Shown: piece after piece, positions 25,708 through 36,640 of the stretch
Numbering within the stretch: the stretch's first letter is position 1
How the letters are laid out: each line of letters begins with the position of its first letter
Source: a virus
Lineage: Duplodnaviria > Caudoviricetes
Length of the DNA: 40,064 nt
Strand: one strand, 5' to 3'
Virus record (IMG/VR): IMGVR_UViG_3300012953_000071
Location: 1-40,064 of that record
Position numbers and translations under genes: made by a program
The notes under the pieces: model-generated
What the model was told of the DNA's origin: nothing
What the model saw: only the letters and a program-made list of their open reading frames with translations
Database searches by the model: none

Positions 25708-26013
25708 ATGGGATTCTTTAGAAAATCTATGGATGGTGAAGAAGATTCACTAGAAGAAGGGCCTCAGCAAGTAGAGGAAAAATATGAAAAAATGTTTGCT
25801 AAAATTGGCAGAGATTTTATCTATAAGGAAGACTTCATATCGATAATGGAGTCTTTGTTTGATCACCTCCAAGAACACGGGATAGACAGGCCAGAGCTAG
25901 CTCTTGAATCAGATATACTTGCAAGAACTAAAGCAGTAGAATATAAGGATGTTGTACAATCTGGAGATGATGGAACCAGAATATACGAAGACTTAATAGA
26001 TATGGATAGCTAA
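25708..26013 (+). CDS. hypothetical acidic protein
   Basis: GAGG RBS before ATG at 25708 (MGFFRK...). Confidence 0.7.
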   Translation: MGFFRKSMDGEEDSLEEGPQQVEEKYEKMFAKIGRDFIYKEDFISIMESLFDHLQEHGIDRPELALESDILARTKAVEYKDVVQSGDDGTRIYEDLIDMDS

Positions 26014-27773
26014 TGGGAAGACCAGCCGCAGAACCTTATGCAGATGTATGCAGGATCACGCAAGCTTATGAAAAAGCTGCGCTGAATAGCTGTGCAGAAA
26101 CGATGTCTGATCGTGGTGCACAGATTTTTGTTTTAGGTTCTCTTGCGACTATGAAAGAAATGATAGACTTTCATAGGAAGTCTATTGAGAGATTTGGTAA
26201 CCATTTCAAAAAAGAAATACAAGCAGCCTCTAAGCAAAATACTAAAACCTCCCTGGACTCGACCGAAGACGACTGTGCAATTGATCCAGAATTAGCACGA
26301 AGCGCAGCAGGTCAGCCTGAAGAGCAGATAAGAGCGACGGACCCTCCAATTATTATTGATCCAGTCGATGCTGTTGTCAGAGACAATAGAGATGTCCAGG
26401 AGTGGCTTGGTCTTACAGATCAAGAGATGAAAGAAGAAGTTGAAAAATGCATTAAGTGTGATTTAAAAGCTAAGATTAAACTTCAAATTCAAATGCCTAA
26501 CTTGCTTTTAGAGATTGATGGATTCATAGATGATATAATGGATATAGTTGCTATGTTTAAAGAGCGACTTGATCCAAAGAATATGCACGCTAGATGGTGT
26601 GAATTTTTAGATCTTTTTGCAGATATAGGTTGGTGCCTGACTGATTGGATAACTCTCTTGATCGCTTTAAAGCTAGCATTAAGAAAATGGATCATGCAAG
26701 GCTTGTCAATAACTTTAGACTGGACATTAATTATTGGACCTTTGCTAAAGTTTATATTGGACTTGCTCGAACAGTTAATACAGCAACTTATGATGATAAT
26801 TGCAGCTCCTTTTGATTGCGTTCTAAATCTTCTGGAAACTATAAACGAGCTTTATAAAGCAACAGTTGATCTAGTTAACAATACTGCAGCAGCTGCACAA
26901 TCGTTAACAGACTTTAGTAAAGACGATGATGGAACTCAAAATTTTGGACCATTCGGTGGGTGGAAGACTGCCCCCGGAGGTGCTGTTGGTTGGAATGGGG
27001 GTAAGCTTCAAGCGCTAAACCCATTTGGCCCTGGAAACTCAAGCGGTGGAAACTCAAGCGGTCAAGGGCTTGATATTAGTATTGGTAAAGGAGGAATCAC
27101 TGCAGAAGGGAGTGGCGGAGGTGGCGGACCGAAAGGCTTTGGAGACTTAAAGATCCCAGGTTTTACATCAACTGATTCTTCTTCTGGAGGCAGTGGAGGC
27201 GGAGGTACAGCTGGCGGTGGAAAGACGCTGGGGCTTGGTGGCGCTGGATTGATACCAAAGGGATTCAAGTTGAAAGCTCAAGACAACTTGGAGGAGAAGC
27301 TAAAAGATCCTCTTATCAAATGGGCTAACCCTGTAGAGATGTTGATACTTGTCGTAAGAGACGCTAAACAGTGGGTACTTTCTATTTTTTCCAACTTATT
27401 GTATGCTATTAAAAGTTTGAACGCTTTTCTAAGTATGGGCTTCGGCATTAATCTTAATGCAAGTGGCGCAATAATGATGATACTTGATATTATAGCTTTT
27501 GTAATAATGTTAATTAAACTCAAAAATATTGGCTGTGACACATCAAAGATGGGTGAAGATCCACAATCAGTTGCCGGTGCTTTAAGGGAAGTTTACCCAG
27601 ATTATCAAGTCGATTTAGACGAAGGAAATCCAGAATATATTAAAATGACTAGAGGCTCCTACGAAGTTGAAATGCCGCTAACCGGAACGGACTGCGCAAC
27701 ATTCATACCATCACAAGATATGGCACAACTAAAAGGCTGGCTCAAAAGCATTAGCAACAAAGGTGTAAAATGA
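26013..27773 (+). CDS. helical hydrophobic protein with central Gly/Ser-rich insert
   Basis: Long amphipathic/hydrophobic helices flanking a G/S-rich stretch; directly upstream of the portal. Confidence 0.65.
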   Translation: MGRPAAEPYADVCRITQAYEKAALNSCAETMSDRGAQIFVLGSLATMKEMIDFHRKSIERFGNHFKKEIQAASKQNTKTSLDSTEDDCAIDPELARSAAGQPEEQIRATDPPIIIDPVDAVVRDNRDVQEWLGLTDQEMKEEVEKCIKCDLKAKIKLQIQMPNLLLEIDGFIDDIMDIVAMFKERLDPKNMHARWCEFLDLFADIGWCLTDWITLLIALKLALRKWIMQGLSITLDWTLIIGPLLKFILDLLEQLIQQLMMIIAAPFDCVLNLLETINELYKATVDLVNNTAAAAQSLTDFSKDDDGTQNFGPFGGWKTAPGGAVGWNGGKLQALNPFGPGNSSGGNSSGQGLDISIGKGGITAEGSGGGGGPKGFGDLKIPGFTSTDSSSGGSGGGGTAGGGKTLGLGGAGLIPKGFKLKAQDNLEEKLKDPLIKWANPVEMLILVVRDAKQWVLSIFSNLLYAIKSLNAFLSMGFGINLNASGAIMMILDIIAFVIMLIKLKNIGCDTSKMGEDPQSVAGALREVYPDYQVDLDEGNPEYIKMTRGSYEVEMPLTGTDCATFIPSQDMAQLKGWLKSISNKGVK

Positions 27774-29659
27774 AGTCTAATTTATTTTCATTAGCATTAG
27801 ATGCTGTTGGTACTCGCTCATTTAGAGATCAGAAGAAAAGAAATCCTTCTTCTTTTAGGGGCGTTAAAAAGATTAACAACAGAGCTATCTCGTATACAGA
27901 AAGGCATAGGGGACAATGGTTTATACCAGAATATGATCTGGAAGAAATACAAATTGCCCAGGATACAGATTCTTATCTGTTTAGAGCCCTACAGAAGAAG
28001 ACAAATAAATTCCTTGTTGCAGGCTGGGAAATCGTAGGCAAGAATGAAGAGACTGTAAAATACCTAAAGAATAGATTGGCAGAAATAGAATTATCTTCCA
28101 ATCAGCCTTTTGCGACCCTCCTCGTTCAAACAGTACACGATTTATTCAGATATTCAAATTGCATGTGGGTAAAAGTTAGAAGCGATAGCGCTTCTTCCGG
28201 TGTTATTAGAACTAATATAAACGGGAAGCAGCTCGAACCTGTTGCAGGCTATTTCATCCTCCCTTTCGAAACCTTATCTTTTAAGACGAAAGCAAATGGA
28301 GAGATAAAGAAAGTTCTTCAAAAAACCCCTACCGGAGCAACAAAAGAATTCTCACCAGACGATGTTATACATTTTTATACTAATAGAAAGCCTGGCTTCG
28401 CTATGGGGACTCCAGAGATGGCCCCAGTATTAGATGATATCGCACTTCTGAGAAGGCTTGAAGAGAATATAGAAGAATTGATTGAATCAAATCTATATCC
28501 CTTATTCCATTATCAGGTTGGTTCTGACAATATGCCAGAGCGCTATGGCCCTGACGGTGAAAAAGAAACTGATATCGTAAGATCTACTATAGAGTACATG
28601 CCAGCTGGAGGTATTTATATCTCTGACCACAGACATAAAATACAAGCAATTGGATCTGAAGGTCGTGCCCTTAGAGTCGAAGGCTACTTGGATTACTTTA
28701 AGAAGCGTGTATTTGCCGGTCTCGGAATGTCAGGAGTTGACATGGGTGAAGGGGATACAGCAAATAGGGCAACAGCACAGACTCTATCCAAAGGTGCTAT
28801 ACAAGATATAGAAGCTATGCAGCTTATTATGAAGAAGTTCATTGAATTTTATATGTTCAATGAGCTTATACTAGAAAGTGGCATGAATGTAGACCTGATG
28901 GATATAGAAGATAAAGTCGAAATTAGATTTGGAACAGTTGATAAAGAGCAAAGAACTAAGCTGGAGAATCAAGCAATTCAGCTTTTTGCAAATAAACTAT
29001 TAACACAAACTGAAGCTAGAAAGTCCTTAGGGCTAAAGCCACTCGAAGATAATGAAAAAGAAGATACTTATTTTGAGCTTTATGAAAAGCCTCTGGCAGA
29101 AAGCAAAGCCAATGCACTTGGCAATGGTCAAAAGGAGCAATCTGAATCTCAATCAACTCCATCAAACCAGCATGGAACCAGAGCCGCCCCGAAATTTGAC
29201 TTCAAAGAATTCGCCAAATCCAATGAAAATGAAGTAAGCCGCCTGCTTAAAGACAAACTGTTAGAAGGCCTTAGAGAATATAATATTTTTCAGAAACTTG
29301 ATTTAGAAGATAAGAAAGTATTATTTTTAATGAATGAATACAAAGGGGAGTTTGAAGAGCTTGCATCTTCATTTAGAAATAGATTAAACTTCCTTGAAAG
29401 TCATTCTATTTCTGAAAAGACTATATTTAATAATTTTTATTGGAGATTTGAGGAGCTTAGTAATAAATACTGCGATATAGCATATAATTGTGGCGCTTAT
29501 ATAGGGTCCTATGTTATAAGCGAAGACGATTGGGTTTCCAAGAAAAGAGGCAGCGACATTAGAAGTACAATGATAGAAGATATATCAAAAAATATTAAAG
29601 AAGATTTTAAAGAAGCATTTAGTACTTCTGGCCTCAAGGAGGTCGAATACAATGAGTAA
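27770..29659 (+). CDS. portal protein
   Basis: Size and position between TerL and protease; DVIHF...FAMGTP, VFAGLGMS...G.G.TANRATA and LLTQTEARKSLGLKP are portal-like motifs. Confidence 0.88.
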   Translation: MKSNLFSLALDAVGTRSFRDQKKRNPSSFRGVKKINNRAISYTERHRGQWFIPEYDLEEIQIAQDTDSYLFRALQKKTNKFLVAGWEIVGKNEETVKYLKNRLAEIELSSNQPFATLLVQTVHDLFRYSNCMWVKVRSDSASSGVIRTNINGKQLEPVAGYFILPFETLSFKTKANGEIKKVLQKTPTGATKEFSPDDVIHFYTNRKPGFAMGTPEMAPVLDDIALLRRLEENIEELIESNLYPLFHYQVGSDNMPERYGPDGEKETDIVRSTIEYMPAGGIYISDHRHKIQAIGSEGRALRVEGYLDYFKKRVFAGLGMSGVDMGEGDTANRATAQTLSKGAIQDIEAMQLIMKKFIEFYMFNELILESGMNVDLMDIEDKVEIRFGTVDKEQRTKLENQAIQLFANKLLTQTEARKSLGLKPLEDNEKEDTYFELYEKPLAESKANALGNGQKEQSESQSTPSNQHGTRAAPKFDFKEFAKSNENEVSRLLKDKLLEGLREYNIFQKLDLEDKKVLFLMNEYKGEFEELASSFRNRLNFLESHSISEKTIFNNFYWRFEELSNKYCDIAYNCGAYIGSYVISEDDWVSKKRGSDIRSTMIEDISKNIKEDFKEAFSTSGLKEVEYNE

Positions 29660-31478
29660 ATTAAAGCTGGTTGATTATGTAAGGATAAACCCAGACCCTT
29701 CTCTCTCAACGCTATCTAAGCGTGAGAAGATTAATCTTATAGATTTCCACATGGGCTCAAGTTCACCTAGCAAGGGATTGCTAGTAAGCTGGGACTTAAG
29801 TCATTCTGGAAGAAGAATAAATAATAGAATATATTCTGTGAAAGGCCAGCAAGCAGGAGTTGATTCAATTTTGAATCCATATCCGAAGCCAATATTAAGG
29901 CATCACGATCAAGAGACCGATCCAATTGGCAGGTTTGTTGCTGCAGAATGGCAAGATTTAAATCAAGAAGCAATGAGCTTCTTTGTTGATGTGAATGCAT
30001 ATTCAGATGTATTGGATGCATTTGATGAAGATAACCCTGAAAAAATATATAAGTCTTTAAAAAGTTCTGGCCTGCTTACTAATAAGAATTGGCCTGGACT
30101 AGGAAGGATGAGAGTATCTGCTCGCATAACAGACAAAGATGCAATCGAGAAGTTTCTTGATGGCAGATATATTACTTTCTCTGCTGGCTCAACTACAGAT
30201 AGGCATACTTGCAGCATCTGTATGGAAGATTGGGCTAAGGGAGATTTTTGCGAACATAGACATGGTAAAATATACGACGGTGAAGTTTGTGTATTTATAA
30301 CCGGCAATTTTGATGTGTTAGAAGGTTCTGTTGTCAATTCGCCAGCAGACGACCTATCACAAGTTTTATCAATGGAAGTTTCTGATGATATGCCACAAGA
30401 CTTAAAAAGAGATAAGTCCTGTACACTTGATTCGAGAAGTCTTTATATAACTGATTCAATATATAAAATGGAGAATACAATGCCTGAAGTAACAGTAGAT
30501 GCAACTAAAGTAGTTGCAGTTAATACAGAAGGCTCTACCGAAGAAACAGTAGAAGGCGTAAAAGAGCAGGACACTGCCACCGCTGAAGACGCTGCGGTAG
30601 TAGCCGATAGTAATGAAGAAATTGGCTTAGAAGAAGCCACTGAAGTAGGAGTTGAAAATGAAAATACTGTCAGCTTGGAAAACGAAGACGGTGTCACTGT
30701 CCAAGAAGAAACCCAAGAAAAAGCAGAAGAAGAAAATATCAACACCAACGAAGACGGTAAAGAAGAGGAAGTCCAAAAAAGCGAAGACGGGACCGGCGAA
30801 CTCGGGGTACACGAAAGCGTGGTAGAAGAAGTTCAAGCTGATAACGATGATGCTGATGTTGACTGGTACCTTCTAGATGCTGCACTTCAGATAGAAGTTG
30901 GGGCAGACAGCCTGACTGCAGAGCAGAGGGAAAACCTTTTAGATGAGGTCTTTTGTGGCCCGCAAAGAAGCTTCCCTATTGCTGATGCAGCACATGTTGC
31001 TGCCGCTCGCAGACTGATTGAACGCGCTAAGCTTTCAGAAAGTCAGAAAGAAAAAGTAAAAAATTGTGTTGATAAAAGAGCAGCCTCATTAGGATGCGAT
31101 AAAGATTTGTCTGTAGAAGATCATATGAAGAAAGATTTTGTTCAAGCTCTACACAGAATAGAAGAACTCGAAAGCAATCTTACTGATTTGCTTAAATTGA
31201 TTAATACTGCGCAAGAAGAAGTTAAAGATACAGAGAGTGTTGACAGTGTAACAGAAGATTCTAATCCTTCTGTTAGTGAGAGGGTTGAAAGCCCATCGGT
31301 AAATTCATCGGATAACTTAGTGAATCCAAAGAACTCTTTAGGAGAATTTGAAAGTAAAGTCTTAGACAATTACAATCTAATTCTTCAAAAAGATGGGCAA
31401 GTAGTTGCAGAACAGTACCTAGCTAGCAAGCAACGCTATCTTCCCCGCGGATTTCATCCAAATAAATATAATAACTAA
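29652..31478 (+). CDS. prohead protease with acidic scaffold-like C-terminal region
   Basis: PILRHHD...PIGR, FLDGRYITFSAGS, CSIC..C.H..GKIYDGE.C insert, then a long E/D-rich tail. Confidence 0.82.
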   Translation: MSKLKLVDYVRINPDPSLSTLSKREKINLIDFHMGSSSPSKGLLVSWDLSHSGRRINNRIYSVKGQQAGVDSILNPYPKPILRHHDQETDPIGRFVAAEWQDLNQEAMSFFVDVNAYSDVLDAFDEDNPEKIYKSLKSSGLLTNKNWPGLGRMRVSARITDKDAIEKFLDGRYITFSAGSTTDRHTCSICMEDWAKGDFCEHRHGKIYDGEVCVFITGNFDVLEGSVVNSPADDLSQVLSMEVSDDMPQDLKRDKSCTLDSRSLYITDSIYKMENTMPEVTVDATKVVAVNTEGSTEETVEGVKEQDTATAEDAAVVADSNEEIGLEEATEVGVENENTVSLENEDGVTVQEETQEKAEEENINTNEDGKEEEVQKSEDGTGELGVHESVVEEVQADNDDADVDWYLLDAALQIEVGADSLTAEQRENLLDEVFCGPQRSFPIADAAHVAAARRLIERAKLSESQKEKVKNCVDKRAASLGCDKDLSVEDHMKKDFVQALHRIEELESNLTDLLKLINTAQEEVKDTESVDSVTEDSNPSVSERVESPSVNSSDNLVNPKNSLGEFESKVLDNYNLILQKDGQVVAEQYLASKQRYLPRGFHPNKYNN

Positions 31479-31502
31479 TATTAATAATTAGGAGACAATA
31501 AA

Positions 31503-32891
31503 ATGACTATTAAAAGATTTTCAGGTTCTTTCAGAACCAGGGATGATGTCTTTGATAACATCACTCCCAATAATGTAGTCCAGTTCCCTAGCGGTGGAGT
31601 CTCAGTACCAGCCGGCGAGTGGAAGCCCGCGGACTACTTGCCAGTAGTATGGCAGGGGAGTGCAAGCAAGGACTATTTTACAATATCAAGCGGCAAGGTC
31701 GTTTCTATGGACGTTACGGGGCGTATAGTTCCTGCAGGACTTCGTAGAGCTATTCTTGACGCTGCTGCAACAACAACTGAGATCATATCTTACGATGCTA
31801 CAGATGTGGAAGCTGGTGTAAAAAACATGGCTACAGGAGATGCTGCAGCAAGCGGTGACTCTGTTACCATTGAAGACCTCGTTGACAACTGGGTAGCAAG
31901 AGGTCTTTTAAGACCTAATACTGTTACTTTTACGAGTGGGGCCGCTTACGATGCAAGCGAGTCTGCTGATGTTTTAGAATTAGCTAGAGAAGCTATTTCA
32001 GTTCCCGTTGGAGTTTGCGCTTATGACGTTTACTCTTGGGCTGGAGATGCACCTGCTGAACTTATTCATGTGAATTACCAGAAGCAGCATCTCGTTCAGT
32101 TCTTTACTGACGTTCAGATGCAGGTTCCTCGCATGGCTTCAGCTGACCAGCTTACAAGTGATGCACTTAACGGTGTTAGTGCTTGGTCTGAAACTGATGG
32201 TACTGATGGCTCAGATTTCCCATCTGCAGTAGAAGCGGGTGCTGAACTCTTTCTAAACTCGGCACAGCTTAACGGCTTGGCTAGATACGAAGACAGCGTT
32301 GGCGCTACAAGTGATATCGTTGGCTTTGCTGTCGAAAGTGTTAGACCTGCTGCCTCTACTGATAGAACACCTGTAGAAAATGGTACTGGCGACTTACTCG
32401 TTGCAGAAAAGTCTTCAATTGCTAACCTCAAGTCAGAGGGTGACTGGTTCTTTGATGCCAGCGTAGGCGTTCTACTCATCATGGGAGCTGATAGTACCAC
32501 AAACCCTGCTGGTGCAGGCGATACTATTACTTTCTACGAGTATGGAACAGAAGGTGCAGATGCTGACAAGCATGTTCACTGCGATGGAACTAACGTTCTT
32601 CCAGGTGACTTCGTTACTTACGATGCCAACAGCAACTTTGTCATAAGTCTTGATAGCGACGGTAACCGCTCAACCGATTCCACAGACGAGGAATGCGTTG
32701 GTCGAGTACTTCAAATTATTCAGCAGCCAAAGGGACTATTAGAGAGAGCTACAACTGCTTTTAGCGGTTCTAGTTTTGATTCAACTATGCAGATGCCAGG
32801 TACCGCAACCAAGGGCTTTACTGATCTTATTACGTTAAGTGACGAGCAGGTGGCTGATTCTGTTGTAATTATAAACGTAAAGGTACAATAA
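31503..32891 (+). CDS. capsid-associated structural (decoration-like) protein
   Basis: AGGAG RBS; lies between protease and MCP; acidic Ala/Thr/Ser-rich, beta-like composition. Confidence 0.6.
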   Translation: MTIKRFSGSFRTRDDVFDNITPNNVVQFPSGGVSVPAGEWKPADYLPVVWQGSASKDYFTISSGKVVSMDVTGRIVPAGLRRAILDAAATTTEIISYDATDVEAGVKNMATGDAAASGDSVTIEDLVDNWVARGLLRPNTVTFTSGAAYDASESADVLELAREAISVPVGVCAYDVYSWAGDAPAELIHVNYQKQHLVQFFTDVQMQVPRMASADQLTSDALNGVSAWSETDGTDGSDFPSAVEAGAELFLNSAQLNGLARYEDSVGATSDIVGFAVESVRPAASTDRTPVENGTGDLLVAEKSSIANLKSEGDWFFDASVGVLLIMGADSTTNPAGAGDTITFYEYGTEGADADKHVHCDGTNVLPGDFVTYDANSNFVISLDSDGNRSTDSTDEECVGRVLQIIQQPKGLLERATTAFSGSSFDSTMQMPGTATKGFTDLITLSDEQVADSVVIINVKVQ

Positions 32892-32901
32892 GGAGATTAT
32901 C

Positions 32902-34206
32902 ATGAGTATAAAATTATCTGATGGTCAAGAACTGGCATTACCTTCAAATGAGGATTCAGCTGCTCGCTATGTAGCAGACATGTTCCTCAATAGAGGTCAC
33001 CTGCCAGATAGCGACCAAAGAGTCTCTTGGAAGAGTTTTGCAGAAACAATCTCTCCCAAGAATACAGACTTAGTCCGTTCATCCGAAATCACTCCATTGC
33101 TTGCAAAAGCAACTGAGATTCTGATTCGCGAACCTGTAGAGGCTGAAGCAGTCGTTACAGGTCTCTATAACAGAGTTCAGTCACAGGGGTTAAACACACA
33201 AATTCTTGCCGGTGCTATGGGTGCCGTCTATGCTCAAGATATTCAAGAGCATGGTACATATCCTGAAGTTAACTTCCAGATCGGTGGTGCAGTCAGCACT
33301 GCTTGGATCGGGAAGTGTGGTATTGCAGCTGCATTTACCGACGAAGCACTTCGTTATTCCACATGGGATATCATGGCTATGAACCTTAAGCTTATGGGAC
33401 AAGCTCTTGTTCGTCATAAGGAGCAAAAGGCTGTCGCTTTCTTGAAAGCACTAGGCACAACTCTTTTCGACAATGTGACTCCTAGCGATTCTCTTTACGG
33501 CTCAATGAGCGGTAGAGATCTTGAGATGACCCCCAATGGTTCCCTTGCTATGGAAGATCTTATGAGGGGTATGGCACATATGTCAGAGGAAGGCTTCTCT
33601 CCAGACGTCCTCCTTATGCATCCTCTTTTCTATTATTCTTTCCTTCAGGACCCAGTGCTAAGAGCAATGATGCTCGCTCACGGCGGTGGTTCTTACTTCA
33701 ATCCATATACCGGAAACCCAGGACCTCAAAATCCTTGGGCTAATGGAGCTATGGGTGGAATGGGTCCGTCTGCTGGCCATGCTATCACTCCTGGTGGTGC
33801 TCCTTCTGGAGAATCCGCAACAGGACTTGCTGGTCGCAGTGTAAGAGCAAGCTCTGCTCCACAAGTACCATCATACTTCCCATTCAACTTAAGGGTAGTC
33901 GTATCACCTCTTCTCCCATATGATGTTGAGACTAATACTGGTGATGTATTCCTGCTTTCAAGCGGAAACGTCGGCTACTACCTTGTGGATGAAGAGCCCA
34001 ACACTGTCGAGTGGCGTGATGAAAGCGTCGAAGTTGTTAAGGTTAAGATTCGTGAACGTTACGGCTTTGCTGTTGCTCACGAAGGTCAGGGCGTTGGCGT
34101 CTTTAAGAACGTCAAGGTTGCTGCTAACCGTTGGGACGGTACAGTTACTGCTGCACCTGCTACCATTACGGAGCATACAGCAAGCGATGCCATTGCCGAT
34201 CTATAA
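32902..34206 (+). CDS. major capsid protein (HK97 fold)
   Basis: EHGTYPE, K.GIAAAFTDEALRYS.WD, ALVRHKEQK, PDVLLMHP and KIRERYG motifs; followed by a strong terminator. Confidence 0.88.
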   Translation: MSIKLSDGQELALPSNEDSAARYVADMFLNRGHLPDSDQRVSWKSFAETISPKNTDLVRSSEITPLLAKATEILIREPVEAEAVVTGLYNRVQSQGLNTQILAGAMGAVYAQDIQEHGTYPEVNFQIGGAVSTAWIGKCGIAAAFTDEALRYSTWDIMAMNLKLMGQALVRHKEQKAVAFLKALGTTLFDNVTPSDSLYGSMSGRDLEMTPNGSLAMEDLMRGMAHMSEEGFSPDVLLMHPLFYYSFLQDPVLRAMMLAHGGGSYFNPYTGNPGPQNPWANGAMGGMGPSAGHAITPGGAPSGESATGLAGRSVRASSAPQVPSYFPFNLRVVVSPLLPYDVETNTGDVFLLSSGNVGYYLVDEEPNTVEWRDESVEVVKVKIRERYGFAVAHEGQGVGVFKNVKVAANRWDGTVTAAPATITEHTASDAIADL

Positions 34207-34239
34207 TAGCTTCAGCTTAAGTTGAAAGATATAGTTTTT

Positions 34240-34272
34240 GGGGGCGAGGCCCAGCGCCTCGCCCCCTTTTTT
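34240..34272 (+). terminator. intrinsic terminator after MCP
   Basis: GGGGGCGAGGC-CCAGC-GCCTCGCCCCC-TTTTTT. Confidence 0.9.
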
Positions 34273-34284
34273 CCAGGAGAGCAA

Positions 34285-34503
34285 ATGGGCTGGTTTAGAG
34301 AAAGAATACAAACCGAAAATGAAAAAACTTCAACTTTCAGCAAGAAGAATCCATTTCAGGATTTTGTAATGGGTGAAGGCGAGTTTGTATCAATACAGAA
34401 CGGAGTCAACTTAGTACCCGTAGATCCCTTCGAGGACGACAAAGGCACAATAGAAGGAGAGGAAAATGGCAGCGCCAGAAATAGAAGCGATATATCCGAA
34501 TGA
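34285..34503 (+). CDS. hypothetical protein (72 aa)
   Basis: AGGAG RBS before ATG at 34285. Confidence 0.55.
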   Translation: MGWFRERIQTENEKTSTFSKKNPFQDFVMGEGEFVSIQNGVNLVPVDPFEDDKGTIEGEENGSARNRSDISE

Positions 34504-35581
34504 TGAAGCTACTGGAGTGCCGATTGCGGCAGATATAGCCATTACTTTTAGTAATGGTATTGATTTATCTACAGCAAAAAACAATATTATAGTCTGGGGT
34601 CCAGACTTTGATGTGACATCAGGACCTGAAAGCGCAAGCTGGATAAAAGATAAAAATGGTAACAATCCGCACTTTTTAAAATCACCAGGATTTAAAGGTA
34701 TCGTAGATTGTGATTACGAATTAGTTTATGTTGATGGAGATGGAGAAGAGATAGATCCAACAGTTACTACTGTCGACGAAGAAGAGACAGGTGATGGAAC
34801 TGATGCCTACAGGCATAAAATAAAAATATCCCCCAAGCAAGGCTTTGCGCCTGATGCAGAATATAAAGTATATGTAATTGGGGATGCCGAAGATGGTACA
34901 AGCAGGGGTGTCTCTTGCAGAACTGTTTTCGATGTAGACAGCTCCTCTGCAACAACTACAGACGGTGTTGTCTATGCGTACGGTGGCTACACCGGTACGA
35001 TAGAAACTACAATTAATATAAAAGTAACTACAGCTGGTGATATAGGTACCGCTAAGTATAAATGGTGGTACAGTGGCGATGGTGAAGCATCTGCAACCAC
35101 TGGCAAGGTTACAAGCAGAAGATACAGAAAGCTTGGAGATGGGGTACAAATCCGTTTCAGCGGCTCTGACTTCATAGCAGATGACGAATATACAATAGCT
35201 GTTCAACCTACCGAACTATTAGCAGAAAGTTATACTTTCAGTTTCAGTGCAGGTGATGGGTCGATTTCAGAAATACCCTCAACTGCCAGCACATCCGTAA
35301 TAGGTACCGAAACCTCTTTGACGAGCGACAGCTCTTATCTTGAGATAGAGTCTATGGATCCTGAAGATGGTGCAACTCATCAAAACAATAGTACAAAAAA
35401 GATAACTATTACTTTTTCAGCAGACATAGATGAAGAAACTGTAGACGATGATAGCGTGACTATATACAAGTGGCCTGTTTCAGGTATTTTCGATGGGCCG
35501 AGTGGCACCAATTCGGATAACCCTGAAGAGCTTCTTAAAAAGCTAACAGTAGATGGTGACAAGCTTATTATAGAAATATAG
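34466..35581 (+). CDS. Ig-like (Big_5 type) domain virion protein
   Basis: YPNDEATGVPIAADIAITFS and DPEDGAT...ITITFSADIDE are Big_5-like repeats. Confidence 0.75.
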   Translation: MAAPEIEAIYPNDEATGVPIAADIAITFSNGIDLSTAKNNIIVWGPDFDVTSGPESASWIKDKNGNNPHFLKSPGFKGIVDCDYELVYVDGDGEEIDPTVTTVDEEETGDGTDAYRHKIKISPKQGFAPDAEYKVYVIGDAEDGTSRGVSCRTVFDVDSSSATTTDGVVYAYGGYTGTIETTINIKVTTAGDIGTAKYKWWYSGDGEASATTGKVTSRRYRKLGDGVQIRFSGSDFIADDEYTIAVQPTELLAESYTFSFSAGDGSISEIPSTASTSVIGTETSLTSDSSYLEIESMDPEDGATHQNNSTKKITITFSADIDEETVDDDSVTIYKWPVSGIFDGPSGTNSDNPEELLKKLTVDGDKLIIEI

Positions 35582-35590
35582 GGGATTGCC

Positions 35591-36640
35591 ATGGCTGATT
35601 ATGATAGAAGTTGCGTACCTACCGGTAAGAGCATTACTGTTAGAGTTGTATTTACAGATTCTTGCGGTGAACCCGTTGCAGTAGATGACGGCAGTCTTGC
35701 CGTATATGTTTACGATCCAGATGCTACTTCGTCTGATATAGATGACGCTGTAGACGCTTCAGATTTTAGTGGTGCTTTTGCTGGCGATCTCTCAGGCGAT
35801 GTAACGGCAGTTGCTACTGGATTCTATGAACTGGAATGGGAAGTCCCGTCTGGTTCTGACAGTGGAACTTATACAGATGTTTGGGTTGCTGAAATTGATG
35901 GAGCACAAGTATACCAAGTATTTAGTATCGTGGTTGTTGATGAAGGAATTATTAGACTTCAGTCTATAGGTGATAACATCTTAATCGCAATCGTTCTTTC
36001 GGATACGATTGCTGATACTGATGGCAACACTCTTGAAGAGGAAACTTCATTAAGCTTCTCGACAACCTACAACCCGTATTACGCTTCACCAGAATTAATA
36101 AGATTGGAATGTGGAGGCTGGGTGGATCAAATCCCAGACGACACAATAAGCCTTATGATACACTGGTCCTCAATTGAAGCTAATGCAATCTCTCCAAGTA
36201 GCCTCTCTAAGGGAGCGCTAGCTGACGTAGCTTTGACTAAATTTGTAATATACGATGCAGCTTTAAGGTTGCTATTGTTACCAGCTGATACTGGCGGCAA
36301 GAGCAAATCTCTTGGAGATTTGATGATCAAGTATGATAGTGACTTTTCAAAGACTATAGTTGAACTACAGAATAAAAGGGAAGAGTGGTTTAGAGTCGTT
36401 AATGCTCGCGGCAATATTGTTCCAGGACAGGGACTTGATCCGACCTTTGCAGTTAAAGGTCTCAATGATCCTGATCGTAGAAGAATGGGTAGAGGTTGGT
36501 GGAGTCCAAAAGATTACCCATATAGGCAACCAGCTGCAAACACTAAGCTTATAAAGCTAGATGGCAAGTCCAGAAAATATAAAAAAGGATTTGCATCTAG
36601 AAGTAGGAGTACCATATCTCCAGATGGAGATGGCGAATAA
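35591..36640 (+). CDS. putative head-tail adaptor with N-terminal Ig-like region
   Basis: Position; KSKSLGDLMIKY resembles adaptor beta-hairpins; the N-terminal part carries Ig-like strands (IADTDGNTL...FST). Confidence 0.55.
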   Translation: MADYDRSCVPTGKSITVRVVFTDSCGEPVAVDDGSLAVYVYDPDATSSDIDDAVDASDFSGAFAGDLSGDVTAVATGFYELEWEVPSGSDSGTYTDVWVAEIDGAQVYQVFSIVVVDEGIIRLQSIGDNILIAIVLSDTIADTDGNTLEEETSLSFSTTYNPYYASPELIRLECGGWVDQIPDDTISLMIHWSSIEANAISPSSLSKGALADVALTKFVIYDAALRLLLLPADTGGKSKSLGDLMIKYDSDFSKTIVELQNKREEWFRVVNARGNIVPGQGLDPTFAVKGLNDPDRRRMGRGWWSPKDYPYRQPAANTKLIKLDGKSRKYKKGFASRSRSTISPDGDGE

